From a candidate division FCPU426 bacterium (GTDB lineage Bacteria; Oederibacteriota; Muellerivitia; Muellerivitales; Muellerivitaceae), in assembly GCA_963830915.1 (NCBI GenBank), contig CAWHOE010000047.1:7781-71780 (forward strand): a DNA stretch of 64,000 nt, read 5' to 3'. A model generated the notes under the pieces. It saw only the letters and a program-made list of their open reading frames with translations, searched no databases and was not told where the DNA came from. Below, piece after piece: positions 10,639 through 20,629 of the stretch. A program made the translations under genes and the position numbers. How positions within the stretch are numbered: position 1 is the first letter of the stretch; each line of letters begins with the position of its first letter.

Positions 10639-11810
10639 ATCGGATCAGATATTGGACCCAAAAACCCTCCGGTCAAGTTTTGTTGGCGACACTGCTTTTT
10701 TGCTTCATATTTCTCGCCCTATTCGTCGGTTTATATAAATCGGGACTGCTCTATACCGCCAAGGAAAAAGCCTCCAGAGCCACCGACCTGACGGCTTTAT
10801 CGGCCGGGGCGGTCTACGCCAACGGCATGCAATTGGTCCGATTGACGAACGCCATTCTCATGGGTTTCGCGGTGGTGGATATTGTGGTCATGGAAGCGGA
10901 ACTGGATATAACTGGCGGGATATCCCTCGGCATGATCGAAAGCGCCGACCCCCATACCCGAAAATTCATACAAGAAGCCCAGAAAATACTATTTGGGGTT
11001 ACCTATCCCAGCGGTGCCTATCCTTTCCTTATATTCAACGAGACTTTATCCCTGGCTTCCGATAATCAACTCAAGGATTCATGGCCCGGGATCGGTAGTT
11101 TTTCCTTTAATGTGCCTTCCCTCCCTTCCCCCATCCTTCTTTTCAACCTGGAAGGGTCCAGCCCGGAAACCTCGATCCTTCCCAATATGGCCTTGAAATT
11201 CCGCACCCTCAACTTGCTCCTTCCCGCCATGAGCAAGAAAAACAAAGGGCAAAATAGTTACCGTTTAACAAAAAAAGATACTGGAGAGGAAATTATCTTC
11301 CAGCAGCATGAAGTTGAGCCCGTCCCGAACGCTGTCAACCCCGGACAAATGCGGGTCAAGAAAGGTCTGGATGAGCAATTCAAATTTGTATCGGTCATCA
11401 AGGAAGGCGAAGCGGAGGCCGAAAAGGAAGCCAGTCAAAGGATAAAAAAAGAAGCCACCTCAAAAATGAAATCCCTATTCGGGATCACCAATATGCTCAA
11501 CCGTATCGAAATGGATGTCATGGACAGGGACGATCCTCCCGACCATACGGTCATTGTTTACTCGAACTTCCCCACCGATATCAAAAACCCGAACGGGTCG
11601 AACGCGGAAGTGCAATCCTTGAGCGAAGTTTCGGTCGAGGGGCCGGGTCTGGCCGGTTGGGACCTGTTCAAACCGCCTTATCAGCCCCGATTGCTACCCA
11701 AGGACCCGACCCAGATCGCAAAGCTCTTGGATATCCAGGGCCGGATCCAGGAATGGGTCACCCATGGGTCTTTGCCGAAGATCAACGATATTTTCAAGGT
11801 TGGCTCATGA
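10635..11810 (+). CDS. Tad pilus assembly protein, TadG-like (pilus-associated)
   Basis: N-terminal hydrophobic helix and a 391-aa secreted body. Its position and ATGA-overlap coupling to the next gene fit the TadG / Flp-pilus-assembly family. Confidence 0.5.
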   Translation: MNRIRYWTQKPSGQVLLATLLFCFIFLALFVGLYKSGLLYTAKEKASRATDLTALSAGAVYANGMQLVRLTNAILMGFAVVDIVVMEAELDITGGISLGMIESADPHTRKFIQEAQKILFGVTYPSGAYPFLIFNETLSLASDNQLKDSWPGIGSFSFNVPSLPSPILLFNLEGSSPETSILPNMALKFRTLNLLLPAMSKKNKGQNSYRLTKKDTGEEIIFQQHEVEPVPNAVNPGQMRVKKGLDEQFKFVSVIKEGEAEAEKEASQRIKKEATSKMKSLFGITNMLNRIEMDVMDRDDPPDHTVIVYSNFPTDIKNPNGSNAEVQSLSEVSVEGPGLAGWDLFKPPYQPRLLPKDPTQIAKLLDIQGRIQEWVTHGSLPKINDIFKVGS

Positions 11811-12319
11811 GAATAAACAAGCCTTTTTCCTTAAACACCCGTGGACAATCTATGATCGAAATGCTGATCGTTATCCCCATCCTTTGCATGATGGCCGCCG
11901 GGGTCGCGCAATTCGCCATCCTATTCCAGGCCCAAAGCTCTTTTGAGCACGCTTGCGGATTGGCCGCCCGCTATTACGCCGCCGGGGAGCTTGACCCTAA
12001 CGGATTCGCCGAGGAGGTTTGGGATGACTTGGGATCGGATCAGAAATATTTCACTCCCGGTTCCATCCTGGCCGTCCCCATCCCCACCCAATCGATCGCC
12101 AGTTCGGGATGGCTGGACCGCTTAAATCTTTTGGGGCCGTTGGTTTCCAAGATCAAGCAATTCACGGTCAATTACACCGGGCAAAAGTGGTTCGTCACGA
12201 TCCATTACCATTCAGCGCCTTTTTTCGGCCTGCTTTTCCCTGGCGGTCTGGTTTTGAAAACCCAGTTGGCGGTACTGAAATATCCCGACCAACCGGTCAA
12301 CGGGGTGGGCGGGCCATGA
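11807..12319 (+). CDS. TadE-like pseudopilin
   Basis: The likely true start is MRINK at 11807, where ATGA overlaps the upstream stop. RGQSMIEMLIVIPILCMMAAGVAQFAILF is a TadE motif. Confidence 0.7.
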   Translation: MRINKPFSLNTRGQSMIEMLIVIPILCMMAAGVAQFAILFQAQSSFEHACGLAARYYAAGELDPNGFAEEVWDDLGSDQKYFTPGSILAVPIPTQSIASSGWLDRLNLLGPLVSKIKQFTVNYTGQKWFVTIHYHSAPFFGLLFPGGLVLKTQLAVLKYPDQPVNGVGGP

Positions 12320-13047
12320 AACAAAAGTGGTTCTGGGGGACCTTTCTATTCTTAACGATATTCACCAGTACGGTCATCGCCTGGGCCCTGATCTTTTCTC
12401 CAGTTAGGTTCTCGCCGAAAACGCTCCAGGAATTCCAGACCAAAATTAACGGTACGGAAGAAAAGAACCAGATCTGGGTCAATGAGGGTCATTTAAAAGA
12501 ACTTCTCCCGGTCATCGTGGAAAAATGGGACAAGGAGGGATGGAAAATCCATGGCCAAAAAATGGACCTAACCCCCGCCGTCCTGGGATTGTTGGATGAT
12601 TCCATCGATCTGGAGGACAACCTTCAGGTCCGCGTTTTCAAGAAGGGGGATCTTTATCGAACTTTGGGGTTATGGGAGCCTCCCGGAAACGACGAAACCT
12701 ATGGTTGGGTCGGAGAACTGCCCGATCGGGCTTTTAACCCCAGTCTAGCGGTTGAGAAATGGGACTTCCCCATGGCGCCGCCACCCAACGCCTTAAGGAT
12801 CTATTGCCAGGGTTTGGAGAACTTAAAGGTCGCTTTGATCTCCCTCCCCCCGCCCCGGAATTTCGACGATCAATTCCTGGCCTATTGTTCCTCCCAAGGC
12901 TTCACCGGAAAACTTTGGAAGAAAAACGAGGACGAAAGCGTCTATTTCCTCAACCAAGGCGGGAAAAAGATCCTGGCGTTCTTGAATATGGATGAAGGGG
13001 AAGGTCACATCTCCCTGGTCTCGTTCGACCCAAAAAATAAATATTGA
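12316..13047 (+). CDS. hypothetical membrane-anchored protein in Tad locus
   Basis: Start MKQKWFWGTFLFL at 12316 (ATGA overlap). One N-terminal TM helix; no recognised domain. Confidence 0.45.
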   Translation: MKQKWFWGTFLFLTIFTSTVIAWALIFSPVRFSPKTLQEFQTKINGTEEKNQIWVNEGHLKELLPVIVEKWDKEGWKIHGQKMDLTPAVLGLLDDSIDLEDNLQVRVFKKGDLYRTLGLWEPPGNDETYGWVGELPDRAFNPSLAVEKWDFPMAPPPNALRIYCQGLENLKVALISLPPPRNFDDQFLAYCSSQGFTGKLWKKNEDESVYFLNQGGKKILAFLNMDEGEGHISLVSFDPKNKY

Positions 13048-13057
13048 AAGGACGGTC

Positions 13058-13828
13058 ATGAAGAACACCAACTCGGTCATCGCTTTGACGGTAGGGATCC
13101 TTTGCGGGGTCCTGGCTTTCTTTCTTCTCTATCAAAAAGCGGCGGATATCGAGAAAAAATCCACTCCCGTTGAGATACTTTTCGCCACGCGGTTCATCTC
13201 CGCGGGAAATTGGCTGAAACCTGAAATGGTCGAAAGAAGATCGATCCCTGGGGCTTTCGTTGTTCCCAGCGCTATTCATGACATCCGGGATGTACAGGAC
13301 ATGGTCAACCTCGTGCCCATCTCCGCCGGTGAACAGATCATGGCCAATAAATTCGGGTCCGGGGACGATTCCCTGGCGCTGGCTTTGAACAATGGTTATC
13401 GGGCCTATACCCTGGAAGTCAACGAGACCAGCGGGGTGGGCGATTTGCTACATCCTGGCAACCGGGTGGACCTCCTGACCAAGGTCACGACCGGGAAAAG
13501 GGAGATCACCGCCTTCGCCCTCCAGAACATCCAGGTCCTGGCGGTCGGCCAGAAGTTGAACGGACCGTCCAAAGCCGTCAAAAACCCTAATAACAGTTCT
13601 GGATCAGGTAGTTCCAGTTCCTATAGCACGGTCACATTGGCGGTCACACCAGAACAAGCGGAAACCCTGATGTATCTGGAAGGTCAACCGTTGCGACTGG
13701 TATTAAGGGCGCCCAGCGATGACGAGATCGTTTCCTTATCGCCCCAAAGCGAAAACGAAGTTATGTCAAAGCTGGGTCATTTTGCGCCGAAGGCTAATCA
13801 TAAGATCGAGATCATTCATGGGGAATAA
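13058..13828 (+). CDS. cpaB: Flp pilus assembly protein CpaB/RcpC
   Basis: N-terminal TM anchor then a SAF-like domain (ILFATRFISAGNWLKPEMV). Lies directly upstream of the secretin gene. Confidence 0.75.
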   Translation: MKNTNSVIALTVGILCGVLAFFLLYQKAADIEKKSTPVEILFATRFISAGNWLKPEMVERRSIPGAFVVPSAIHDIRDVQDMVNLVPISAGEQIMANKFGSGDDSLALALNNGYRAYTLEVNETSGVGDLLHPGNRVDLLTKVTTGKREITAFALQNIQVLAVGQKLNGPSKAVKNPNNSSGSGSSSSYSTVTLAVTPEQAETLMYLEGQPLRLVLRAPSDDEIVSLSPQSENEVMSKLGHFAPKANHKIEIIHGE

Positions 13829-13844
13829 TAGAAAGGAACATTTC

Positions 13845-14864
13845 ATGAAGAAATTCACGCTGTTTTTTGTACTGATGACCTTAGTTATGATTCGTCCGGC
13901 AATGGCTGATGAGTCCGCGATCCATTTGACCCTCGGGGAATCAAAACTTGTCCCTGTGGAATCGGCTAAAAAGGTCGCTATTGGCAATCCAGCGATCGCC
14001 AATGTGACCCCAGTGAGCGATGATGAAATCCTCCTCTCGGCAAAAACAGTCGGTAACACCAATTTGATCTTCATTGGCGCGGACGGGAACAAGGAATCCC
14101 GCGCCATCATCGTAACGGCCCACAACTTGAAAAAAGCCATGGTCGAGGTCGGGGTCGAGATCATGGAGATCGAATCCCAAAGCGCTCTCAAAGCTGGCTT
14201 GAGTTGGGGTTCCCTGACTTCCAGCTCCTCGAGTTCCTCCAGCGGGTCTTCCCTATCCTCAACGACCCCCAATAACTTGACGATCAGTGAAAATTCCCCT
14301 CCCCCCCTAGTGGCTTTCGGTTCGTTCACTCGGCAATCCCTGACGGCGAGCCTCCAGCTATTGGTCAACCGCGGCAAGGCCAAAATACTCGCCAAACCCA
14401 AATTGTTGGCGGTCAGTGGCGAGGAGGCCAGTTTCCTGGCCGGGGGAGAACTTCCTTATACGGTGGAAACCAAACTAGGCTCGGTGGACATCCAATGGAA
14501 ACCCTATGGAGTAAAGCTCAAGGTCAAGCCCACGATCGATGGGGAGGGCAACATCAACTCTATCCTGAGGGCCGAGGTCAGCGGGGTCGACACCCAGAAC
14601 GGCATATCTCTCAACGGAAATATCATCCCGGCCTTACGGACACGCTGGGTCGAGACTACGGTCTATATGAAAAGTGGAAGTACTTTGGTCATCGCCGGAT
14701 TGATCGATAACGAAAACCAGAAATTGACCTCCGGGATCCCGATCTTGAGCGACATCCCGATCCTGGGCGAACTGTTCCGGTTCACGGACAACGAGGAAAC
14801 ACAGACCGAACTGGTCATTTTCGTCACGCCCAGTTTGGTCGGGCAGACGACGGACGAGGGCTGA
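13845..14864 (+). CDS. cpaC: Flp pilus secretin CpaC/RcpA
   Basis: Signal peptide, T2SS/T3SS pilus N-domain (IHLTLGESKLV...VAIGNPAIANV), a Ser-rich linker and a C-terminal secretin domain (VSGEEASFLAGGELPY...IPILGELFR). Confidence 0.85.
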   Translation: MKKFTLFFVLMTLVMIRPAMADESAIHLTLGESKLVPVESAKKVAIGNPAIANVTPVSDDEILLSAKTVGNTNLIFIGADGNKESRAIIVTAHNLKKAMVEVGVEIMEIESQSALKAGLSWGSLTSSSSSSSSGSSLSSTTPNNLTISENSPPPLVAFGSFTRQSLTASLQLLVNRGKAKILAKPKLLAVSGEEASFLAGGELPYTVETKLGSVDIQWKPYGVKLKVKPTIDGEGNINSILRAEVSGVDTQNGISLNGNIIPALRTRWVETTVYMKSGSTLVIAGLIDNENQKLTSGIPILSDIPILGELFRFTDNEETQTELVIFVTPSLVGQTTDEG

Positions 14865-14865
14865 C

Positions 14866-15354
14866 CTATTCGTCCGCGGAGGGAGCTTGATCCAGGCCGA
14901 TCACTGGATCGCCCGGTTTAAGACCGTTTTTTTCGAACCATCCGGCGTTCATTTCCAGGGCGTATTTCGCCCCTCCCTTGGAGAAAAAACTATCCTCGGT
15001 CAAGGGTGGCATTTCTAGTACGTTAAGGATAATTCCCTTATCGTCCATAAAGGCAATGCTTAAGGGGATATAGGTATTTTTCATCCAAAAAGCCCTTAGT
15101 GCTGTTTCGTGGAACACGAAAAGCATACCGTTGTTCTCGCCCATGGATTTGCGGAACATCAGCCCCGCATCCCTCGTGGGGATCTTGTTGGCCACCTCAG
15201 CGAGAACCTCATGATGGTTCAGGGTCAGATGAACGATGGGTAGATCGGACCTGATCGCGGGGCGACAAGAAAAACCAGCCAGGCCCATCCACAGGACCAG
15301 TCCGGCCAATTTCGGCAATTGTTTAACGTCCCAGATTCGCGACTGTCCGAGCAT
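14866..15354 (-). CDS. DUF192 domain protein
   Basis: MLFVFHETALRAFWMKNTYIPLSIAF...GAKYALEMNAGWF fits the conserved DUF192 (COG1430) core. Convergent with cpaC. Confidence 0.65.
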   Translation of the reverse strand: MLGQSRIWDVKQLPKLAGLVLWMGLAGFSCRPAIRSDLPIVHLTLNHHEVLAEVANKIPTRDAGLMFRKSMGENNGMLFVFHETALRAFWMKNTYIPLSIAFMDDKGIILNVLEMPPLTEDSFFSKGGAKYALEMNAGWFEKNGLKPGDPVIGLDQAPSADE

Positions 15355-15429
15355 CTTTTGAAAGTCCCCCTCGTTGGTTAAAAGCTATTTAAATTGACGA
15401 TTTTAAAGCTATTGGCTTAAGATACTTCC

Positions 15430-16425
15430 GTGATGAAACGAACTCTCTTTCTCGCGCTTTTAATAACGATATCACAAACCATGGTTACGGCAAAAGTTTT
15501 TGCCGACCCATCCGAAGCCCAATTGACCGAGGCTTATAAATACGCTTACGCACTATATGGAGCCCAGCGTTTCGATCAGGCCAAGGAAGTATTCCAAAAG
15601 ATAGCCGCGGTCACGACCCAACCTGGGTTGAGCGCCAATTCCCTCTACTACTATTCCCAATGCGCGTTCCGCACCGAGGATTACGACGGTTGCGTTAAAG
15701 GGCTGGATGTGCTGACCCAGAAATGGCCAAAGTCGGCCGCGATCACCAAGGGTTTCGTTTCGAGATTCGCCATCTTTTTGATCAATCAGGTCTCCAAGCT
15801 GCAAACCAATTGGGATTATTACCGATACAAGGAAGGGCTGGACGAAAACCATCAGATCATCTGGAAAGAAAGCATTCCCCCAGGGTTCAAGATCAAACGC
15901 ATCAATTTCAAGTTGGGTTTCGGCCTCTATCGCATCCTTAAGCGCATTCAACCGGACGCCCCTGAAACAGCGGCTTGCAAACAAAGGCTGAACTTGATGA
16001 TCAACGCTCCTATCACCATGGTGTGGGTGGATGAGAAAGCCCCACCGGACAAGTGGGGGCATCCAGGTAATTTCTTTTCCCTCTTCTCGATCACCGAAAA
16101 GAAGCAATTTTCCAGGTTCATTTGCGATCGGATGTTCTACAACTGGAAGAGCGAGAAATTGTACCAATTCCTCGATATGTACGACGATGTGCGTAATCTG
16201 AAGCCCCGTTTCATCGCCAGGACCAAGCCGCCGGAAGATACAGGGGTAGCGCCAGGGAGCATGGCAAGCGCGCCTCCCCTTCCCGGTTCCTCTACCCCAG
16301 CAGCGGCCCCCGCGGATCCATTCGCCGTGTTAACTTTGTACAAACTTTTCCAAGTGACAGGTTACAATCCCTACACGGATAGTTTCACCAGCCTGATCGA
16401 ATCAACCCCCGCCAGCGCCCTGTAA
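15430..16425 (+). CDS. secreted TPR-like protein (possible TadD analogue)
   Basis: Signal peptide. The N-terminal ~150 aa carry TPR-like helices (AYKYAYALYGAQRFDQAKEVFQKIAAV). The C-terminus is Pro-rich. Confidence 0.4.
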   Translation: MMKRTLFLALLITISQTMVTAKVFADPSEAQLTEAYKYAYALYGAQRFDQAKEVFQKIAAVTTQPGLSANSLYYYSQCAFRTEDYDGCVKGLDVLTQKWPKSAAITKGFVSRFAIFLINQVSKLQTNWDYYRYKEGLDENHQIIWKESIPPGFKIKRINFKLGFGLYRILKRIQPDAPETAACKQRLNLMINAPITMVWVDEKAPPDKWGHPGNFFSLFSITEKKQFSRFICDRMFYNWKSEKLYQFLDMYDDVRNLKPRFIARTKPPEDTGVAPGSMASAPPLPGSSTPAAAPADPFAVLTLYKLFQVTGYNPYTDSFTSLIESTPASAL

Positions 16426-16429
16426 AATC

Positions 16430-16798
16430 ATGAAACCATCCAATTGGGTTTGGGCCGTATTCTTCTTGATGGCGATCACGCCCTTTTCATTTGGTCAAAC
16501 CGAATCCACGAAAACTAAAGCCACGGAAAAAATGGTCGCGACACCAAAACCGCTAACGACCGGCAAGAATAACAATTATTCCAACGCCCTGATCATCCAC
16601 AAGCCAGCGCCAGATCCCGCCTGGGGAAAGATCGTTCAATATAAGCGTGAACAGATAACTTCCATTTCCAGCAAGGAAAAGGAAACGATCTATGAATTCG
16701 TTTTTCAGGATGACCAAGGCGTTATTCGGACCGCTATATACCACGAGAATGATTCAGGGGATGGATATTGGGAAGTACTGGTATGGGACCAAACGTAG
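16430..16798 (+). CDS. hypothetical secreted protein
   Basis: Signal peptide, 122 aa, no motif. Confidence 0.4.
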   Translation: MKPSNWVWAVFFLMAITPFSFGQTESTKTKATEKMVATPKPLTTGKNNNYSNALIIHKPAPDPAWGKIVQYKREQITSISSKEKETIYEFVFQDDQGVIRTAIYHENDSGDGYWEVLVWDQT

Positions 16799-18827
16799 GA
16801 ATATCATCTAACTTATTTAGCATTTTAGGGGTCAAAGGCGGGGTCGGAAATTCTTCCCTCACTTCTTTGGCCTGTCGGCTTGCGAGCAAAAAACACTCCA
16901 AAAAAATAGCGATCGTTGACGGAGCGCCTTCCCATCATTCCACGACCCCTTTATTCCTATCCACGCCATCCACGAACCGCCATTTATTACAACTCCAACC
17001 CTATGGGGATCAAATCAATGAGAAAATGATCGAGAGTTTCTTTTCGGTCAGCCCTGAAGGGGTTACCTATATTCCCGTCCGCGCGACGGACGAAGAAGCA
17101 TCACTCAGCCCGGAAAATGTTCTCATTTTGCTTGGAAAGATCGCCCGTTCCTTCGATATTTTATGGTTGGACCTCTCCTCCTTCCCCAGTGATCAAAGGA
17201 TCACTTTCCTTGAATGCAGCCAAAATTTCATTCTCGTTTCTTCGACAAATCCGGCATCTTTGAGCGCGCTGAATCAATGGGAAAAGCGCCTCCTTTCCCT
17301 TCAACTGGATCTCTCAAAAGCGGGATTGATCCTGAACCAAGCCCATCCAAACCAAAGCCAGCCCAAAGATATAACCCCTTGGGCTAAAAACATTTCCATT
17401 CTCGAAACTATCCCTTATCTAGGGGATGATTTCTCCATAAAGCTATTTGAGTCTAAAGTTATCCAACCCCCAATCGAGAAAGCGATAGGGCCTTTGGTGG
17501 ATAAAATGCTCGTTTTTTCGTCCACAAAAAAGACCGTCCAAACACCCCTTCAAAAATATCCAACAAAGGAAAACACGGTTGAAAATACCGACGGGGATGA
17601 AGATCATCTGCGGAACATTCACCTTCTCCATCAAAAACTCCTTGAAAATCTCAGATCAAACGGATACCTGACCGAACAAACCAATGATAAAATCCAAACC
17701 GAGCTGAAACCTAAGGCCCGAGAAATACTGGACCGCCTGATACAAGAAATGGACATTCCCGACCGAATGATCCGGCAAAAATGGGTAGCTGAAACTCTTG
17801 ATATCGCTTTTGGCTTGGGCCCCTTGCAACCCCTGCTCGACAATGAGGAAGTTTCCGAGATCATGGTCAACGGTCCCGAGCAGGTCTATATCGAAAAAAA
17901 AGGGCTTCTTGAAAAAACCAACGTAAGATTTTACGACGATATCCAGTTGCGGACCGTGATCGAGCGGATCCTCGCTCCGATCGGTAGAAGGATCGATGAA
18001 AGCCAACCTTATGTGGATGGAAGATTGCATGATGGATCCCGTTTGAACGCGGTCATCCCCCCCCTAAGCCTGAACGGGCCCATTCTGACCATCCGAAAGT
18101 TCTCAAAACACAAATTAAAAGCCGAAACCTGATCAAACTTGGATCTTTAAGCCGGGAAGCCGCCGATTTCCTGGGCGCTTGCGTCAAGGCCAGAAAAAAC
18201 ATCGTGGTATCCGGAGGGACCGGTTCAGGCAAAACAACGCTCCTCAATATCTTGTCCAGTTTCATCCCTGACAACGAAAGGATCGTGACCATCGAGGATT
18301 CAGCTGAATTACAGCTTTCCCAGGATCACGTGGTCCGCTTGGAAGCCAGACCCGCGAACCTTGAGGGTAAAGGTCAAATCTCCATTCGGGATTTGGTCAT
18401 CAACGCCTTGAGGATGAGACCGGATCGGATCGTGGTGGGAGAGGTTCGGGGAGGCGAGGCTTTGGATATGCTGCAGGCCATGAATACAGGACACGACGGT
18501 TCACTGACCACGGCCCATGCCAATTCGCCGCGGGATGTTCTATCCAGGCTTGAAACCATGTGTTTATTCACGGGGCTGGACCTTCCGATGAAAGCGATCC
18601 GGGAACAGATCGCCCGAGCGATCCACCTGATCGTTCAACAAAGCCGTTTACCCGGCGGAAAAAGATCCGTTACCCATATCAGTTCGGTCCAGGGCATGGA
18701 GGGTGATGTGGTGATCCTGCAGGAACTATTCAAATATGAGGAGGGAAAGGGCTTGGTGCGACAACCCTTCCCGCCCTCTTTTATCGGGGATTTGAACCCG
18801 GTCGGATATCAATGGCCAAAGCAATAA
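16768..18827 (+). CDS. cpaF: TadZ/CpaE-like degenerate ParA domain fused to CpaF/TadA secretion ATPase; apparent frameshift (track ORFs 16768..18132 and 18204..18827)
   Basis: The first ~230 aa are ParA/MinD-like with a degenerate Walker A ([10 protein letters not shown], Lys replaced by Asn). The CpaF N-domain ([15 protein letters not shown]...LTIRKF) follows in the same frame. A stop at 18130-18132 interrupts it, and the -1 frame continues [38 protein letters not shown] into Walker A and the ATPase domain ([11 protein letters not shown]). Confidence 0.75.
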
Positions 18828-18846
18828 ACCCGTATTAAAAACCGGT

Positions 18847-19317
18847 TTATTTTTTATTCTGTTTCTTTTGCTGTTTGGCGACAGCTTCTTTTTCCACGGT
18901 CGTTAGGGGCGCCGGTATATAGGAGTCATCCCCCACCGGTGTGATGGTCGCGATCTCCGCGGCGTACTTCTGATAATCCGGCCTAGTCTGACGGAGATCC
19001 GCGTCCAGGGGACCCTCCACCGGGACAAAATCGCCCAGATAGGCCCGACAGATCCACTCCTTTTCAGCGGCCTTATCCACCCATTGGGTGTGGGGAAGGT
19101 AATAGAATTCCTGGACTTCCTGATAATCCCACATGGCTTCCTTATATTTCTTTTGGGCGAAATGGTCCTCACCTCTCAAGAATGCGGCATGGGCCCTGTG
19201 AATGACCTCCAGGTTCGCCATCCCATAGGCGATCAATAACGTTCCAATAATCGCTACCGCCGTAAAGAAACCCTGTTTTTTGAAAAAGGGCGTTTTTTCT
19301 TGATTCATATCAGCCAC
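18847..19317 (-). CDS. hypothetical membrane protein
   Basis: One TM helix and a Lys-rich C-terminal tail. Confidence 0.4.
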   Translation of the reverse strand: MADMNQEKTPFFKKQGFFTAVAIIGTLLIAYGMANLEVIHRAHAAFLRGEDHFAQKKYKEAMWDYQEVQEFYYLPHTQWVDKAAEKEWICRAYLGDFVPVEGPLDADLRQTRPDYQKYAAEIATITPVGDDSYIPAPLTTVEKEAVAKQQKKQNKK

Positions 19318-19326
19318 AAGGGCCTC

Positions 19327-20340
19327 CTAGAACTGTTTTAAAAACCTTATGTCGTTCTGGTAAAACAACCGGATATCATCAATATCATACTTAAAGAGCG
19401 CGATCCTCTCCACTCCCATTCCAAAGGCGAAACCCGTCCATTTTTCCGGATCGATACCACAATTCTTGAAAACCTCAGGATCGATCATTCCGCAGCCCAT
19501 CAATTCCACCCATCCGGATTGTTTGCAGATGCGGCATCCCTTTCCCTCGCAAAAAACACAGGAAATATCCATCTCGGCCGAAGGTTCGGTAAAGGGGAAA
19601 AAGCTGGGGCGAAAACGCGTCTTGACCTTGTCCCCGAATAATCTCTTGATGAACGTATCCAAAACGCCTTTTAAGTGGCCGAAATGCACTCCCTCGTCCA
19701 CTAAAAAGCCTTCTACCTGATGGAAAATATGATGATGGGTGGCGTCAATCGCCTCGTTCCTGTAAACCCGGCCAGGAGCGATGAATTTAAAGGGCGGTTT
19801 GTTCTTTTCCATGACCCGGATCTGGATGGGGGACGTATGGGTCCTCATTAAAATGTCCTCTTGGAGATAAAAAGTGTCCTGGGCATCCCTGGCTGGGTGG
19901 TCAGGTGGAAAATTCAGGGCAAGAAAATTATAGTAATCGGTCTCGACATCCGGACCATCGCTCAGGTCAAAACCCATTTCCTTGAAAATGGCCGCGATTT
20001 CCTTTTGGACCCTGGTCAAAGGATTCAGCCGTCCGGCAGTCCATCGCCTGCCAGGTAAGGTCGGATCGAAATCAGCCCGGGGTAATGAATCGCTTTGACT
20101 TTCGATGTCCTCTTTTTTTTGCTCCAATAACCGAGTGATAGTATTTTTGACATCATTACAAGCCTTACCGACCAGTGGCTTTTCTTCAGGGGAAAGTCGC
20201 CCCAATTCCTTCAAAACATCGGTTAACAAACCGCTTTTGCCAAGGAATTTAACCCGCAGATCCTCAATGGTTTTCAAATCCGAGGCACCTTGGATGGATA
20301 GTTCGGCCTGGCCAGATATTTCCTTGAGTCGATCAAGCAT
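19327..20340 (-). CDS. pheS: phenylalanine--tRNA ligase alpha subunit
   Basis: Class II aaRS motifs (FRPSFFPFTEPSAEMDI, GCGMIDP, AFGMGVERIA). Confidence 0.95.
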   Translation of the reverse strand: MLDRLKEISGQAELSIQGASDLKTIEDLRVKFLGKSGLLTDVLKELGRLSPEEKPLVGKACNDVKNTITRLLEQKKEDIESQSDSLPRADFDPTLPGRRWTAGRLNPLTRVQKEIAAIFKEMGFDLSDGPDVETDYYNFLALNFPPDHPARDAQDTFYLQEDILMRTHTSPIQIRVMEKNKPPFKFIAPGRVYRNEAIDATHHHIFHQVEGFLVDEGVHFGHLKGVLDTFIKRLFGDKVKTRFRPSFFPFTEPSAEMDISCVFCEGKGCRICKQSGWVELMGCGMIDPEVFKNCGIDPEKWTGFAFGMGVERIALFKYDIDDIRLFYQNDIRFLKQF

Positions 20341-20629
20341 CGAGTTTCCTTGCGAATGAAAGGATATGCGAATAGGGCAATATTATTTAGTTTTTAAGGG
20401 GAAATTTCATTAAGAAAAGTAAGAATCAGCGGCTGGCGGCTGTCAAAAGAGCTTTGATCATCGAGGCTTCTATCTTTTTGAGATACAGCAGGTAGTCGCT
20501 GATCGAGCCTGTTTTTTCGAACCTTTTCCATAAAACCTCTAGGGAGAGGTTCTGTTTCACTTCGGAAGAGGATTTTTGAAGATCCGGGGTCAAGGGAAAC
20601 CAACTTTCTATGTCTATTTTCGAAGTCTA

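Noticed and set aside
16768-17450. Treating the TadZ-like region as a separate gene from cpaF
   Set aside because: There is no in-frame stop between the ParA-like region and the CpaF N-domain in the 454-aa ORF, so it reads as a fusion. Only the downstream ATPase core is separated, by a single-base shift.
20341-20629. T-box riboswitch or leader-peptide attenuator upstream of pheS
   Set aside because: Read the leader on the minus strand. No T-box consensus (…GGGTGGNACCGCG…) or Phe-rich leader ORF was found. The 79-aa track ORF (20394..20633) has no Phe run and is probably spurious.
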